Below, one piece after another: positions 22,082 through 34,147 of a stretch of 64,000 nucleotides of DNA. A program made the translations under genes and the position numbers. This DNA comes from Candidatus Bathyarchaeota archaeon. GTDB lineage: Archaea > Thermoproteota > Bathyarchaeia > Bathyarchaeales > Bathycorpusculaceae. The stretch covers positions 2,016,001-2,080,000 of the forward strand of contig OY970340.1 of the NCBI GenBank assembly GCA_963717465.1, in the 5' to 3' direction. How positions within the stretch are numbered: the first letter of the stretch is position 1; every line of letters begins with the position of its first letter. The notes under the pieces are model-generated. The model ran no database searches and had not been told where the DNA came from. It worked only from the letters and a program-made list of their open reading frames with translations.

Positions 22082-22750
22082 CTATTTGGAGCTTGGGTTG
22101 CCAAGAGACTCACGCGTTATCGTGGCATTCATCCCATCAAATCCAACGTTGATTTTGTCACCATCATCTTTCAGGACAATGCCATCTAAATATTTGAGCC
22201 AGCAGCAGAAGGAAGGGAAAGCGTACTTTATGAGAGGCATAATATGCAAATCATGTGTAACAATTATTGTTACTTTTCCAGTTGTGCAATATTTTTCGTC
22301 GAGGAGCGATCGATACGTAGTTTTGGCATATTCTTCGACAGGATAGAATGCTGTTTGCGGATTTTTGCCATTCATCCAGTTTTCAATAAATTCGTTCCAG
22401 TGACCTGAATAAAATGCTCTTTCATATTCCTTGGAGTTCTTCATTGGTGATGCGAAAAATATCTGTGAAGGTCCAATGGCATTTCTTTTAGCTTGTTTAA
22501 GACCAATCGTTATGGCCTCAGCCGTTTCGATCACTCTTCGCGAACCCCAACTAAAAATTTGAAATTGTAACGTGCTGTCAGAAACTCCGATCTCTTTTCC
22601 GAATTTTACTGCGGCAGCATAACCTTCCTTGGTGATGCTTAGATCTCTTTCATTTTCCAAGCTTATGATATCTGGTCTCTTTGCATGTCTAATGACTGCA
22701 AGTCTTCTGTCCCCATCGAATCTAATCATCATTTCTTTAATACCCGCCAA
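22082..22750 (-). CDS. Histidine phosphatase superfamily protein
   Basis: IRHA, R..ETA, VTHD motifs. Confidence 0.75.
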   Translation of the reverse strand: MAGIKEMMIRFDGDRRLAVIRHAKRPDIISLENERDLSITKEGYAAAVKFGKEIGVSDSTLQFQIFSWGSRRVIETAEAITIGLKQAKRNAIGPSQIFFASPMKNSKEYERAFYSGHWNEFIENWMNGKNPQTAFYPVEEYAKTTYRSLLDEKYCTTGKVTIIVTHDLHIMPLIKYAFPSFCCWLKYLDGIVLKDDGDKINVGFDGMNATITRESLGNPSSK

Positions 22751-22853
22751 ACACTTGAGCTCCTACAAAGATATTTGCAAGGCCAACTTTTGATCTTCTA
22801 TCCCTTAATCTTTTCTCAAATACATGGAATAGCGATAATTTATATGCCTGAAT

Positions 22854-24371
22854 ATGAAGCTTACTAGCTCAGCCCATGGAAAGTGCTTTCCGGAAATGAA
22901 AGATTCCAAACCCATTCAGACCCCTAAAATTCTAAATCTGCCCATTGGTACAGGCACGACAGGCAAACGTGTAGAAACAGATTCGATGGGAGAAATCAAG
23001 GTTCCGGCAGAACATTACTGGGGTGCACAAACCCAAAGATCGCTAATCCATTTCTCGATCGGCAACGATCGTATGCCACTAGAAGTTTACCACGCATATG
23101 GCTATGTGAAAAAAGCTGCGGCAATCGTCAATGCGGCTGAAGGATTGCTGCCTGGGTGGAAAGCTGAATTGATCTCGGGTGTTGCTGATGAGATTATAGC
23201 AGGAAAGCTTGACGCGGAGTTTCCATTGTACGTTTGGCAAACAGGGTCAGGTACGCAGTCTAACATGAACGTTAATGAAGTTATCAGCAATAGAGCCATT
23301 CAATTGGTCGGTGGAAAACTTGGAAGCAAAAAACCAATTCATCCAAACGACGATGTGAATATGAGTCAATCATCAAATGACACATTCCCAACAGCGATGC
23401 ACATTGCAACTGTAATCGAATTTAATACTCGCTTAATTCCTGCAGTTTCCGCGCTGAGAGACGCATTGTGGGAAAAAGCCAGGAAGTGGGTGGATGTTGT
23501 AAAGATTGGTCGCACTCATCTTCAGGACGCTACCCCATTGACTGTCGGTCAGGAATGGTCTGGATACGTGGTGCAACTTGACAACGCTCTTGAAATTGTA
23601 AAGCGCTCCCTTGAAAGACTTTATCAACTGGCTATGGGTGGAACTGCGGTTGGGACAGGAATTAATGCACCAGAGACTTTCGGGGAAAATGTGGCTGCTG
23701 AAATTTCAAAACTGACTAATTATCCCTTTGTTACCGCTCCAAACAAGTTCGAGGCACAAGCTTCAGCAGACGCAATGATACTTGCAAGCGCTTCGCTAAG
23801 GACTCTCGCAGTTGCTCTAATGAAGATTGCAAACGATATACGCTGGCTTGGCTCAGGTCCACGCGCGGGACTGCACGAGTTGATTTTGCCAAGTAATGAG
23901 CCAGGGAGCTCCATTATGCCTGGGAAAGTCAATCCGACTCAGGAAGAAGCTATGATAATGGTTTCTATCGAAGTAATAGGCGAGGACACTGCAAATGCCT
24001 TCGCTGGGTCGCTGGGAAATTTCGAGCTCAATGTAATGCGTCCAATAATTATCAATAATGTTTTGCATATGGCAAGAATCCTGGGCGATGCTTCGAATAA
24101 ATTGCGCGAGCATAGTATAGAGAGAATATCACTAGATAAAGGAAAAATAAGTAAGTATTTGGAAGACTCTTTAATGCTTGTTACAGCCTTAAGCCCAGTC
24201 ATTGGATACGACAAAGCCTCTGAAATTGCTCATTACGCATTAGACAATAATCTAAGCCTCAAGGAAGCTGCTTTAAAACTGAGCTATGTCAGTTCTAAAG
24301 ACTTCGATAGAATAATCAATCCGAAAAAGATGGTTGGAAACCCCAAGAAAGACCTAGGACTAATATCCTGA
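22854..24371 (+). CDS. fumC: Class II fumarate hydratase (start possibly 22896)
   Basis: WGAQTQRS, QTGSGTQSNMN, GRTHLQDA, GSSIMPGKVNPTQ. Confidence 0.95.
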   Translation: MKLTSSAHGKCFPEMKDSKPIQTPKILNLPIGTGTTGKRVETDSMGEIKVPAEHYWGAQTQRSLIHFSIGNDRMPLEVYHAYGYVKKAAAIVNAAEGLLPGWKAELISGVADEIIAGKLDAEFPLYVWQTGSGTQSNMNVNEVISNRAIQLVGGKLGSKKPIHPNDDVNMSQSSNDTFPTAMHIATVIEFNTRLIPAVSALRDALWEKARKWVDVVKIGRTHLQDATPLTVGQEWSGYVVQLDNALEIVKRSLERLYQLAMGGTAVGTGINAPETFGENVAAEISKLTNYPFVTAPNKFEAQASADAMILASASLRTLAVALMKIANDIRWLGSGPRAGLHELILPSNEPGSSIMPGKVNPTQEEAMIMVSIEVIGEDTANAFAGSLGNFELNVMRPIIINNVLHMARILGDASNKLREHSIERISLDKGKISKYLEDSLMLVTALSPVIGYDKASEIAHYALDNNLSLKEAALKLSYVSSKDFDRIINPKKMVGNPKKDLGLIS

Positions 24372-24502
24372 TGTTGAGCACTTGGTAGCGAAAACTTGCT
24401 CTTTGCTAATTAGCTAATTTTTGGTTATTGCTCAAAGATGATACTGAGACTTTTGGGAAAAGATTAGAAAAAAAATAGAAGGAAAAGACTTGAGGCTATA
24501 GT

Positions 24503-25369
24503 TTATCTCATTTGTTGAGTTGTCATTGAGGGTTCTTGTGGCAATGCTTTACCTTCTATAAAAGCGAGAAGGTCTGCGTTTACTTGTTGTTTATAGGTTG
24601 TGCATAAACCGTGTGGTGCGCCCTTGTAAATTCTTAATATTGAATTTCTTATTATTTTGGCTGACAGCATAGACGAATCCGCAATGGGTACTATTTGATC
24701 GTCGTCGCCGTGTATAATTAGTGTGGGTATATTGATTTTTTTAAGGTCGTTTGTCATGTTCGTTTCGGAGAAGGCTTTGATGCTGAAATAGGCACCTGTT
24801 AATCCTGCCATCATTCCTTGATGCCAGAAAGAATTTCGGACGCCTTCAGAAACTTTTGCGCCTGGTCTGTTATAGCCATAAAATGACATCGATAAGTCCT
24901 TGAAAAGCTGCGATCGATCCGCGATTACAGCATTGCGAATTTGGTCAAAAACTTGCATAGGCAGTCCACCTGGATTCTCAGCTGTTTTCAACATTATCGG
25001 CGGAACCGCGCCAATAAGCACTATCTTTGACACTCGACTTACACCGTGACGAGCAATGTATCTTACAACTTCGCCACCGCCAGTAGAATGACCAACAAGA
25101 ACTGCGTCTTTTAGATCGAGTTTCTCCATAAGCTCTGCAAGATCATCTGCATAAGTGTCCATGTCATTACCTTTCCAAGGTTGGCTTGAACGTCCGTGTC
25201 CACGTCGATCATGGGCGATGCAACGGTAACCATGAGATGCTAAGAAAAACATTTGATCTTCAAAAGCATCTGAATTAAGAGGCCAGCCATGACTAAAGAC
25301 AACAGGTTGCCCATTGCCCCAATCTTTGTAATAGATATCTGTTCCATCTTGGGTCTTAATCTTTGGCAT
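24503..25369 (-). CDS. Non-heme chloroperoxidase/arylesterase-type alpha/beta hydrolase
   Basis: [35 protein letters not shown]. Confidence 0.9.
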   Translation of the reverse strand: MPKIKTQDGTDIYYKDWGNGQPVVFSHGWPLNSDAFEDQMFFLASHGYRCIAHDRRGHGRSSQPWKGNDMDTYADDLAELMEKLDLKDAVLVGHSTGGGEVVRYIARHGVSRVSKIVLIGAVPPIMLKTAENPGGLPMQVFDQIRNAVIADRSQLFKDLSMSFYGYNRPGAKVSEGVRNSFWHQGMMAGLTGAYFSIKAFSETNMTNDLKKINIPTLIIHGDDDQIVPIADSSMLSAKIIRNSILRIYKGAPHGLCTTYKQQVNADLLAFIEGKALPQEPSMTTQQMR

Positions 25370-25444
25370 TGTTCCTCTGAATTAAGAGGGATTTGTTGCG
25401 GTTATTTGAGCCTATGTTACATCAAATTGATCTCACTCTAATAA

Positions 25445-26431
25445 TCAGACAGGGTCTCTGTTTCGAGGACGAATCATTTTCAGGTCTTTTATATGCTTGT
25501 AAGCTTGAACTGCAGCAGTCGCTCCTTCTCCAGCCGCAGTTATAATCTGCATTCCTCCGCATGTGCAATCTCCTGCTGCAAATACGCCTTCGATATTTGT
25601 TGTTTGCCTTCTGTCAACTTGAATGCATCCTCTTTCGTCAAGTGAGACACCTGCTTTCTTTACAATATTGGTCATCGGTAGACTGCCAATTAGAATGAAA
25701 ACGCCGTCAACATTAAGTGTGTCTTCATTGTCGCTTGAGTCTATCACTTTTAGAGCTTTCACGAAGCCGTTGCCGACTATCTCTTTTGCTTTGGCATTAA
25801 GGATTTGTACGTTTGCTTTTTCCCTTGTTTTTTCAACGAGCACTTGTGTAGCTTCAATTTCTTCGCTTTGTATTACTACTATTACTTTTTTCGAAAATTT
25901 TGAAAGGTATATTGCGTCTTCAAAAGCATTGTCATTTGAACCTACAATTGCAACTATTTTATTTTTAAAGAAAGGTCCGTCGCAGACGGCGCAGTATGAT
26001 ATGCCTCGTCCAACATACTCAGATTCTCCAGGCAGCAAAAGCTTCTTCTGCTGGGTCCCAGTTGCAACTATTACTGATAAACCTTGAAATTTGCCAGACC
26101 TTGTCAACACCGTCTTTACTCTATCTTTAAGAACGGTATCCAAAACTTCTTCGGAGAATCTTGTTTCAGCTCCAAATTTCTCTGTCTGCTTGGTCATCTT
26201 TTCTACTAGTTCAGCGCCAGTTATACCTTCAGGAAAACCTGGAAAATTCTCCACTAAAGGTGCATAAATTGCTCTTCCACCAGGCAAAGTGCTATCAAGA
26301 ATCAAAGTCTTCAACTTCAATCTTGATGCGTAGATACCAGCGGCTAATCCAGCTGGGCCTGCTCCAATAATGATTACATCATAAAGTTCATCGGACGTAA
26401 TAATTGCCTCACTAAGGATAGAATATTTCAC
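25445..26431 (-). CDS. trxB: Thioredoxin-disulfide reductase
   Basis: GAGPAG, SYCAVCDG redox motif, GVFAAGD. Confidence 0.88.
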   Translation of the reverse strand: MKYSILSEAIITSDELYDVIIIGAGPAGLAAGIYASRLKLKTLILDSTLPGGRAIYAPLVENFPGFPEGITGAELVEKMTKQTEKFGAETRFSEEVLDTVLKDRVKTVLTRSGKFQGLSVIVATGTQQKKLLLPGESEYVGRGISYCAVCDGPFFKNKIVAIVGSNDNAFEDAIYLSKFSKKVIVVIQSEEIEATQVLVEKTREKANVQILNAKAKEIVGNGFVKALKVIDSSDNEDTLNVDGVFILIGSLPMTNIVKKAGVSLDERGCIQVDRRQTTNIEGVFAAGDCTCGGMQIITAAGEGATAAVQAYKHIKDLKMIRPRNRDPV

Positions 26432-26530
26432 TTATAAAAGAGGTTGTTTCGGAAATGTATGATAATTTAATTTGGAAGCGCATGCTTTGTCTTACGTAAG
26501 TTTAAATGATTAGTGTGCTGAATTGTTTCT

Positions 26531-27896
26531 ATGCCTCGTTTGTGGTTTGACAAAGGCACAATTCTGTTGAAGGGAGAAGTTGGAACTCCCTATGGCAAAT
26601 GGGATCCTCGCGTTGGTTGTTATCGGCTTAAGGCAAGTCACTACAAGGACGCTGTTGATTATTTGAAAGAAAGCCGAATTCAGTTCGACGATGATGTCCC
26701 AGATCTGCCGCCTCTTGAACCGTTGAAAAGTAACATTGAATTACGAACTTACCAGCTTAAAGCTTTGGAAAATTGGAAGCGCGAAGGCAACAGGGGAGTA
26801 CTTGTTTTACCGACCGCAGCTGGAAAAACATTCATCGCCTTAAAAGCCATAGACATCCTGAAAAAACAGGCATTAATAATTGTTCCCACGTTAGACTTGC
26901 TTGACCAGTGGAAAAGGCGAATCAAGGAGTGCCTCGGCGTGGAAGCAGGCGTCGTAGGAGGCGGCGAAAACATCGTTCGCATGATTACCGTGTCTACTTA
27001 TGATTCAGCGTACACGCAGGCTGCGCAGTTAGGTAATCGTTTTCTTTTCTTGATATTTGACGAGGTTCATCATCTTGCTTCACCTGGTTACATGCAGATT
27101 GCTGAAATGTACATTGCGCCTTATCGAATGGGTTTAACTGCCACATACGAGAGAAGTGATCAGAGGCATTCACTGCTTCCATTGCTCGTCGGAGACCCGG
27201 TTTACTCCATCGCCATAGAAGAGTTGACTGGAAAACATCTTGCACCTTACGTTTACGAAAAAGTTGCCGTTGACTTGACTTCTGAGGAGCAGAAAATTTA
27301 CGATGCAGAGATGGGCAAATTTAAGAATTATCTGTATCAAAGGCACATAGTGCTAAAGAGTGTAGCTGATTTTCACCGTTTTATAATGATGACTGGCAGA
27401 GAACCGCACGCTAGAGAAGCGTTACTTGCACGAAACAAAGCGTTAAAGATTGCAGTGAACTCTGAGGCAAAGCTAAACCTCTTAGCAGAAAAGCTTGAAG
27501 AATTCGAAAACCAAAAAATTTTGATTTTCACTTTGTATAACGATCTTGTTTACGCAGTAAGCAAGCGTTTTCTTATTCCAGCAATCACTTACCAAAGTCC
27601 TAGGGAAGAGCGTCGCGAAATACTTGCCAATTTCGGAACCGGAAAATACAATGTTGTTGTCACTTCTCAGGTATTAGACGAAGGCGTGGATATAGCGGAC
27701 GCATCAGTAGGCTTAATACTGGGTGGGAACAGGAAGTGCGCGTGAGTACGTGCAGCGGCTTGGGCGGCTTCTTAGAAAGAAAGAGGGCAAAACTGCACGC
27801 CTTGTGGAAATAATTTCTAGGGAAACTGTGGAAGTTGGTATAAGCCGTAGGCGTCGTCAAAAGATGGGGGACTCAACAGGGGTTGCTGCCCAGTAG
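26531..27896 (+). CDS. xpb: XPB (Rad25) SF2 DNA helicase; +1 indel near 27728
   Basis: [24 protein letters not shown]; motif VI ([15 protein letters not shown]) continues in the shifted frame to TAG 27894-96. Confidence 0.9.
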
Positions 27897-29448
27897 CCTG
27901 CTTGTGGTTTGGAAGAGAAAGGGCGAGATTCAGCCGCGTTACGCCAAGCTCTCCACTGACAACATTGAAGCAGCCAACACACTAATCGAAGCCTACAAAA
28001 CGCATATTCATGAGAAAAAGAGAGTTCTAAAAATCATCACAGCAGACCTTGAAAGTAGAGGTTTTGAGTACCGCTTTGTAAGAGGATTGGCTATGCTGCT
28101 TGATCGGAGAGGCACTTTTGTTTGCAATAGCAGAATCAACCCCGTTGATCTAAGGCGAAGAGTTTTTGATGCAGCGCAAAGACTCGGTTTACCAACAGAC
28201 TTGAAAAAACGGGAAAAGATACTTTCCATTGTCGCGTCAGAAATAGCGTTTTCAAAGGAAGAGGTTGAGGAGTCACTTTACAAGGACTTAGATGACGAGC
28301 TAATTCTTGAAAGCTTTAACCCACCCTCAGCAATTGAACTGCTTCAACAGTACAATCTGAGTTTAACGCAGACACTACTCTTTGACTCAACAGAATTAAG
28401 CTTCACAGCTTCAGGCAGATGGCAAGACCTTTTCCACTCCATCAAAAAGCTAGGCCTCATCTATGAGGCTTACCACAATAACGGTTTCTGGGTAAAAATA
28501 GACGGCCCCGCAAGCCTCTTTAAACTAACAAAGAGATACGGAATCCACATTGCAAAGCTTCTCCCCACAATCGTTGCTAACCCTGAATGGACAGTAAATG
28601 CAAAGATACTTTGGAAGTACAGCAACGAAATCTGCTCATTCAAAATAGAAAGCCTAAAGCATGGTTCACTTCTGCCCAAAATCACTTTGCAACCGTTAAC
28701 TTTCGATTCCACAGATGAAGAGCGATTTGCAGTCCAGTTTCTTGCATTAAAGTCTAATTGGATACTTAAAAGAGAGCCTGAGCCTGTTCTTGCAGGTTCC
28801 AGTGTTATCGTGCCAGATTTTTCGCTTGAACGGTCGGGACTTAAAGTGTACTTGGAACTCGTTGGTTTCTGGACCCAAGAATATCTATTACGTAAAATAG
28901 AAAAGCTAAAGCAAGTGAATTCAAAAATGATCTTGCTCGTTAACGAAGCTTTAGCATGCGAAAAACTCGTGGCATTAGAAAAACGTCCGCAGCTGCATTT
29001 CATTTATTATCACAGAGAGATCCCGTTGGCTTCGGTTACACGTTATCTAGAGAAAGCGTTTGAAGACGTTAAAGAAAAAGAAGTAAAATTCTTAATGGAC
29101 CTTCATGTTAAATTTACTGAACCCACCCTTTCCTACGCTGAATTTGCCAGCCGAATAGGTGTTTCTGCTGAATCAGTACGACAAGTACTTCACGCTAATC
29201 CGCCTTACGACTACGTGGCGATGTCTAACAACTTGGTAAGTAAGGAGAAGCTTGGGCAAGTAGGCATTACAATCGGGGAATACTTGAAAAAGGCTGGAAA
29301 ACTAACTCTTTTTGAAGCCACAAGAATTATTGAGTCAGAAGGAATAAGTGATGCTTCCGACGTTTTAACTCAGCTAGGCTATAAAGTAAAGTGGATCGGA
29401 ATAAACGTTGAACAAGCCGAAGTCTACAAGCAAAACGCAGCAAGCTAA
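27883..29448 (+). CDS. bax1: Bax1 (DUF790) nuclease, partner of XPB
   Basis: [37 protein letters not shown]-(D/E)xK-like motif; overlaps xpb. Confidence 0.88.
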   Translation: MLPSSLLVVWKRKGEIQPRYAKLSTDNIEAANTLIEAYKTHIHEKKRVLKIITADLESRGFEYRFVRGLAMLLDRRGTFVCNSRINPVDLRRRVFDAAQRLGLPTDLKKREKILSIVASEIAFSKEEVEESLYKDLDDELILESFNPPSAIELLQQYNLSLTQTLLFDSTELSFTASGRWQDLFHSIKKLGLIYEAYHNNGFWVKIDGPASLFKLTKRYGIHIAKLLPTIVANPEWTVNAKILWKYSNEICSFKIESLKHGSLLPKITLQPLTFDSTDEERFAVQFLALKSNWILKREPEPVLAGSSVIVPDFSLERSGLKVYLELVGFWTQEYLLRKIEKLKQVNSKMILLVNEALACEKLVALEKRPQLHFIYYHREIPLASVTRYLEKAFEDVKEKEVKFLMDLHVKFTEPTLSYAEFASRIGVSAESVRQVLHANPPYDYVAMSNNLVSKEKLGQVGITIGEYLKKAGKLTLFEATRIIESEGISDASDVLTQLGYKVKWIGINVEQAEVYKQNAAS

Positions 29449-29589
29449 CTAATTGAAAATTCGCTCGTTAACCGTTAAAATTAATCATTTTGTGACATTT
29501 TTTTAGACTGAAAATAAAAAAATATATGAGGTTTTATTCGTAATTTTAATTTGGTTTATGTTTGATTAGTTTTTCAGGAGGCATGATTT

Positions 29590-30444
29590 GTGAGTCAGAT
29601 GAAAGGGAAGATTTGCCTGATAACAGGCAGTAATTCAGGGATTGGAAAAGAAACTGCTATCGGCTTGGCTAAGTTGGGTGCAACTGTTGTTATGGTTGTT
29701 CGGAGTCAAGAGCGTGGTGAGAAGGCTAAAGCGGATGTGATTGAGAAAACCGGTAACAAATCTGTTGATCTGTTGCTGTGCGATTTGTCTTTGATGAGTT
29801 CTATTAAGGATTTTGCCCGTAAATTTAAAGCTAAGTATGATAGGCTTAATGTTTTGATTAATAATGCTGGTGCTGTTTTTGATAAACGTGAAGTAACATC
29901 TGAGGGTTTTGAGCGCACTTTGGCAGTTGATTATTTAGGGCCTTTTCTTCTTACGCATGAATTGTTAGACATGCTAAAAGCTGGTCACCCTTCAAGAATA
30001 ATTAACGTCAGTTCAGGACTGCATAAAGGCGGCTCGGTGAATCTTGCTGATTTGCAAAGCGAGAAAAATTATAAGGGCATGAAAGTTTACAGCAACACCA
30101 AACTGATGCTAACCATGTTCAATTACGAACTTGCAAGACGCCTTGAGGGCAGTGGAATAACTGCTAATTCGCTTATGCCTGGATTTGTTGCCACGAATTT
30201 GGGGAGAAGCAACGGCAGCCTGCGTTCCTCCTTATTGTTTACATTGGTTAGACCAATGCAAATCAGCGCCAAAAAGGGCGCAGAGACTTCAATATACCTA
30301 GCTTCATCTCCAAACGTAGAATGCGTTTCAGGCAAAATGTTCAAGGAGAAAAAAGAAGTAAACAGTTCTCCAATATCTTACAATGAGATTTTACGCAAGG
30401 AACTTTGGGAAAAGACAGAAACATTACTCTCTAAATGGCTGTAA
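29590..30444 (+). CDS. SDR family oxidoreductase (retinol-DH-like)
   Basis: TGSNSGIG, NNAG, YSNTK. Confidence 0.9.
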   Translation: MSQMKGKICLITGSNSGIGKETAIGLAKLGATVVMVVRSQERGEKAKADVIEKTGNKSVDLLLCDLSLMSSIKDFARKFKAKYDRLNVLINNAGAVFDKREVTSEGFERTLAVDYLGPFLLTHELLDMLKAGHPSRIINVSSGLHKGGSVNLADLQSEKNYKGMKVYSNTKLMLTMFNYELARRLEGSGITANSLMPGFVATNLGRSNGSLRSSLLFTLVRPMQISAKKGAETSIYLASSPNVECVSGKMFKEKKEVNSSPISYNEILRKELWEKTETLLSKWL

Positions 30445-30492
30445 CTCTTCGTTTAGTTTACTTGCTTTCAAGCGCCTGCTATTCAGCGAGAG

Positions 30493-31059
30493 TCATGGTG
30501 CCTTAAATTTTGCTACAAGTTCTCTTGCCCATTTTCGAATAGCATTCCAATCTCTTGTATCGTAGACTCCGGGCTTAATTTCTTTGAAACCTGCCGATTC
30601 CAACTGTTGCTTAGCCATTGGCTTGGCTTTCCCTGCCCACCATGGCCATTTCTCAAATTCGTAAACCCCGCCAAATAAGCCTAAAGCAAAGGGGTGCAGG
30701 TTGTACTTTGCGGCTTTTTCTTCGAGATATTTCTTTTTGCTTCGATTAATCTTCTCAGGTTTTCCCTCATGCTCAAATAGTGGCTGTGGACCAGAGGAGA
30801 CAAAAAGTGCCAGTTTCTTTTTTGCTAATTCCTTATGGAACTTTTTCAGAAAATTTTCTGCTTCGCTTGTCCACTTGTCGATTTGCATTCCGCTACCGAC
30901 AACCACAAGTTCATAGCCTGAAATTTCATGCACTTTCTCTTTTTTGGCGTTAACAACTTGAACCTCAAATCCTTCTTCACGGAGTATTTTAGCAATTTCT
31001 TCCGATGTACTGGCTGTTGCTCCATACCGAGTTCCGTAAACAATCAATGCCTTAGCCAT
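30493..31059 (-). CDS. Flavodoxin-domain protein (HemG-like)
   Basis: VYGTRYGAT, DTRDWNAIRKWA. Confidence 0.85.
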   Translation of the reverse strand: MAKALIVYGTRYGATASTSEEIAKILREEGFEVQVVNAKKEKVHEISGYELVVVGSGMQIDKWTSEAENFLKKFHKELAKKKLALFVSSGPQPLFEHEGKPEKINRSKKKYLEEKAAKYNLHPFALGLFGGVYEFEKWPWWAGKAKPMAKQQLESAGFKEIKPGVYDTRDWNAIRKWARELVAKFKAP

Positions 31060-31179
31060 GAATCAAACCCTATAAATGTAGATGCACTGAGCTAGTCTAA
31101 AAATTTTTTGAATCTTTAGTTTTCAAAAAATATTCAAAAAGATTAAGTGAAAGTTGACTTAAAAAATGCTCTCTAAGGT

Positions 31180-31836
31180 TCAAGTCTGAGGAATTCCAAT
31201 CGGTGTTACGTACTGCAATCCTATGGGAATATCCCATAAGTAAATCTGAATATCGCTCGGGCTGTTTGTTACGTTCAGATAAAAGTTCATTGCTTCTACT
31301 TCTCCTGTATAAATTGTGCGTTGGTAGTTCCATTGAGGTTCTTCAGTGCTATTGTATGCGTTGATCCATGATGTGTTTTGCGAATCAGTGCAGGTTATCA
31401 GTGAACTATTGCAAAGCCAGTAAACTTCTGTACTGATGTTGAACGCTGGATTATAATTCGGATTGGACTTCCAAGTGTTTTTTACGTATATTGTGTGCTC
31501 AAGTGTCTCTCCAGCTTTGCAGTTATTTCCCCAATTAATGGCGAAGATTTGCTGAGTGCAGTTTGCATCACTGTAAAATGAAGCTAGTATGCTTCCCTCA
31601 GAATTTAGAGTGCTATTTATTGCAAAACCGCTATTTTTGGAAGCTATGTTCCCACCATTATTATTTGTGTTATTTGTCGTACTGTTTGACACTGAACTGC
31701 CATCGTTGCCGCTATTTCTATCTGTAACAGAGCTTGACTGTTTTTCATGCGTGATGAAATATACTCCAGCTATCGCCAAAGAACCTATCAAAAAAATTAG
31801 TATTGAAGTGGCTAATAGTTTATTCAAAAAATCCAC
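31180..31836 (-). CDS. Membrane-anchored extracellular hypothetical protein
   Basis: N-terminal TM, Asn/Ser-rich linker, FYSDANCT..INWG beta domain. Confidence 0.6.
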   Translation of the reverse strand: MDFLNKLLATSILIFLIGSLAIAGVYFITHEKQSSSVTDRNSGNDGSSVSNSTTNNTNNNGGNIASKNSGFAINSTLNSEGSILASFYSDANCTQQIFAINWGNNCKAGETLEHTIYVKNTWKSNPNYNPAFNISTEVYWLCNSSLITCTDSQNTSWINAYNSTEEPQWNYQRTIYTGEVEAMNFYLNVTNSPSDIQIYLWDIPIGLQYVTPIGIPQT

Positions 31837-32002
31837 CTTGATAAAAAACCGCTAAAAGTCTCTAATGATAATAAGCTATTACCTAGACTTAAATCTTACC
31901 AACCTGTCACAAGAAGCCTTTTTTGGTTATTTGCTGTTCTGATGTTTTACTGGAATGTTTGTTTTCGCTTGCTATAAATATCTGAATTGTTGATTAACTT
32001 TC

Positions 32003-32332
32003 TTGAGGCTAAACGGTATGGAAATGTCACGGTGGGCTGATTATCTTATTTCAATGGTAAAGTATGATCAATCAAAGACACATATTGTGTCAGTTGAAGT
32101 CCGAGAGGACATGGGTACCGCTGTCTCATATAAAACAGAAATTGTTCCCAGGGAGACTGTAGTCCAGAGTATTGAGCATAAGAGACGATACATGACTGTT
32201 TTCGAAAATCCAAATGGCAAATGGAGCAAGGGACAAAAAGTGGAAATAGTAATTATAAATGGAGAAAAGTTCCTTAAAACTTCAAACGATGGCCTAGCTA
32301 AAGACAGTCTTGGCGAATTACCTGAATTTTAG
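32003..32332 (+). CDS. DUF3892-like protein (start possibly 32018 or 32024)
   Basis: R..VV..IE, V.IV.INGEKFLKT..D..DSLGELPEF pattern. Confidence 0.7.
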   Translation: MRLNGMEMSRWADYLISMVKYDQSKTHIVSVEVREDMGTAVSYKTEIVPRETVVQSIEHKRRYMTVFENPNGKWSKGQKVEIVIINGEKFLKTSNDGLAKDSLGELPEF

Positions 32333-32415
32333 AAAAAAAGTTTTTCTCCTGCATTCGTTCTTTTATATTTGTGTTTACATTACCACTTTGGTGAAAACGC
32401 TGGGAGGTATTTTGG

Positions 32416-33099
32416 ATGGAAATAATTGAGGGAATCCATAGGGTGGATAAAGCAAGCGCTAACATGGCTCACTCCAACGTTTACTTGTTGGTTTTAGGAG
32501 ACGAATTAATCGTTGTCGACACTGGAACTCCTGGGAACGCTAAAAAAATAGTCGAATACGTTCAGAAAATAGGACGGCGACCATCAAACGTTTCAACGAT
32601 TATCTTAACCCACTATCACATGGACCATGCAGGCAGCGTCAAGGAACTTAAGGACTTAACTAACGCCAAAGTAGCTGTTCACGAGGAAGACGCGGATTAC
32701 GTTTCAGGCAAAAAACCCTTGCCAAAACCTAAGAACGTATTTTTCAAGGCCTTTTCATCCTTCGTCAAGATTGCGCCCGTTCAACCAGATATCCTTCTTA
32801 AGGACAAAGATACGATTGGGCCGCTCACTGTAATTCACATTCCGGGGCATACACTTGGAAGCATTGCTTTTCTTGACGAGGATAAAAAAGTGCTATTCGC
32901 AGGTGACACCCTTAGGTTCGACGGCAAGCAATTAAGCGGTTCACCAGAGCAATTCACCCTTGACATGACCAAAGCAAAAGAATCAATCGGAAAAATATCC
33001 ACCTTAAACTTCGACATTATGCTATGTGGACACGGAGAAATACTCAAGCCCAACGCATCCGCGGCTGTCAAGAAATACTATGAATCACTAAAACAATAA
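32416..33099 (+). CDS. MBL-fold metallo-hydrolase
   Basis: VDTG, THYHMDHAG, PGHT, GD, GHG. Confidence 0.9.
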   Translation: MEIIEGIHRVDKASANMAHSNVYLLVLGDELIVVDTGTPGNAKKIVEYVQKIGRRPSNVSTIILTHYHMDHAGSVKELKDLTNAKVAVHEEDADYVSGKKPLPKPKNVFFKAFSSFVKIAPVQPDILLKDKDTIGPLTVIHIPGHTLGSIAFLDEDKKVLFAGDTLRFDGKQLSGSPEQFTLDMTKAKESIGKISTLNFDIMLCGHGEILKPNASAAVKKYYESLKQ

Positions 33100-33292
33100 A
33101 TTCTGCTTACACGATGCTCTTGCTTTTACTTCGTTGCAGAGATTGAATAATTTTTTCCGCGTAACTCAAAGTAAAAGTAGATTTGGACGATTATTATCGG
33201 CGTTTTTACATGTACACTCTTTAAGAGTGATTTGTTCTTGTTCAAGAAAATGTTTTATATTGACGACAAATAACGTGTCATGGTGATGTTTT

Positions 33293-34075
33293 ATGGTAAA
33301 GGCGGATTATGAGCAGTTTTTGGAACTTTGCCAGTATAGGCGAAGCATTCGCAAGTTAAAACCTGACCCTTTGCCAAAGGGAACTGCGGAAAAAATTTTG
33401 GAGTGTGCTCGTCTTAGTATGTCTGGAGCAAACTCTCAATCCTGGGAGTTCATAGTAGTTGAGGATTCAGAAACAAGACGGCGGATAGTGGAGGCATATG
33501 CAAATCGCAGAAGCTTAACCGCTAATATGGAGAAGATGCGTGCCCCACAGTACAGGCACCCAGCATTTAACTTTCCAGACGAAGAGTACACTGAGAAAGT
33601 GAAAGCTTCATCGCTTGGTTGGAAGGATGCTCCCTTGTTGATAATTCCATTGTACGATCCGAGGAAACAGTGGGGAACAGTTTTAGCTGGGCACGGTGAG
33701 ATTAGTTGGGCTCAACCTCAAGGCGTGATCGGAGCCTGCTCACATGGTCACATGAATATGCTTATACACTTAGCCGCTGCATCATTAGGACTTGGCAGCC
33801 AACGTGTAAACATTAATTGCCAATCCCCCTATAGGGAAATCTTGGGTTACCCTGAACCGTTAACTGCTGGACCAATAATTCCAATCGGATACAGAGCTTA
33901 TGAGCCTGGTACGTGTACATCAAACAGGTGGCCACTTAAGAAGCTTGTACATTACGACAAATATAACATGGAATTGTACCTAAAGGATGAGGATTTCTTA
34001 AAATATATTTTAGACATCAGAAAAATGAGCAAATCTGGCTATGTACCTATCATAAATCAAAATGGAAAAAAATAA
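33293..34075 (+). CDS. Nitroreductase-family flavoprotein
   Basis: RRSIRK, SGANSQSWEFIVV, LAAASLGLGS, IPIGY. Confidence 0.85.
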   Translation: MVKADYEQFLELCQYRRSIRKLKPDPLPKGTAEKILECARLSMSGANSQSWEFIVVEDSETRRRIVEAYANRRSLTANMEKMRAPQYRHPAFNFPDEEYTEKVKASSLGWKDAPLLIIPLYDPRKQWGTVLAGHGEISWAQPQGVIGACSHGHMNMLIHLAAASLGLGSQRVNINCQSPYREILGYPEPLTAGPIIPIGYRAYEPGTCTSNRWPLKKLVHYDKYNMELYLKDEDFLKYILDIRKMSKSGYVPIINQNGKK

Positions 34076-34147
34076 GGAAAAATACGCGCATGCTGATTTC
34101 AGGCACTTTCGCTAAAATAGTTAAAATAATACTTGTTAGTACCTGCG

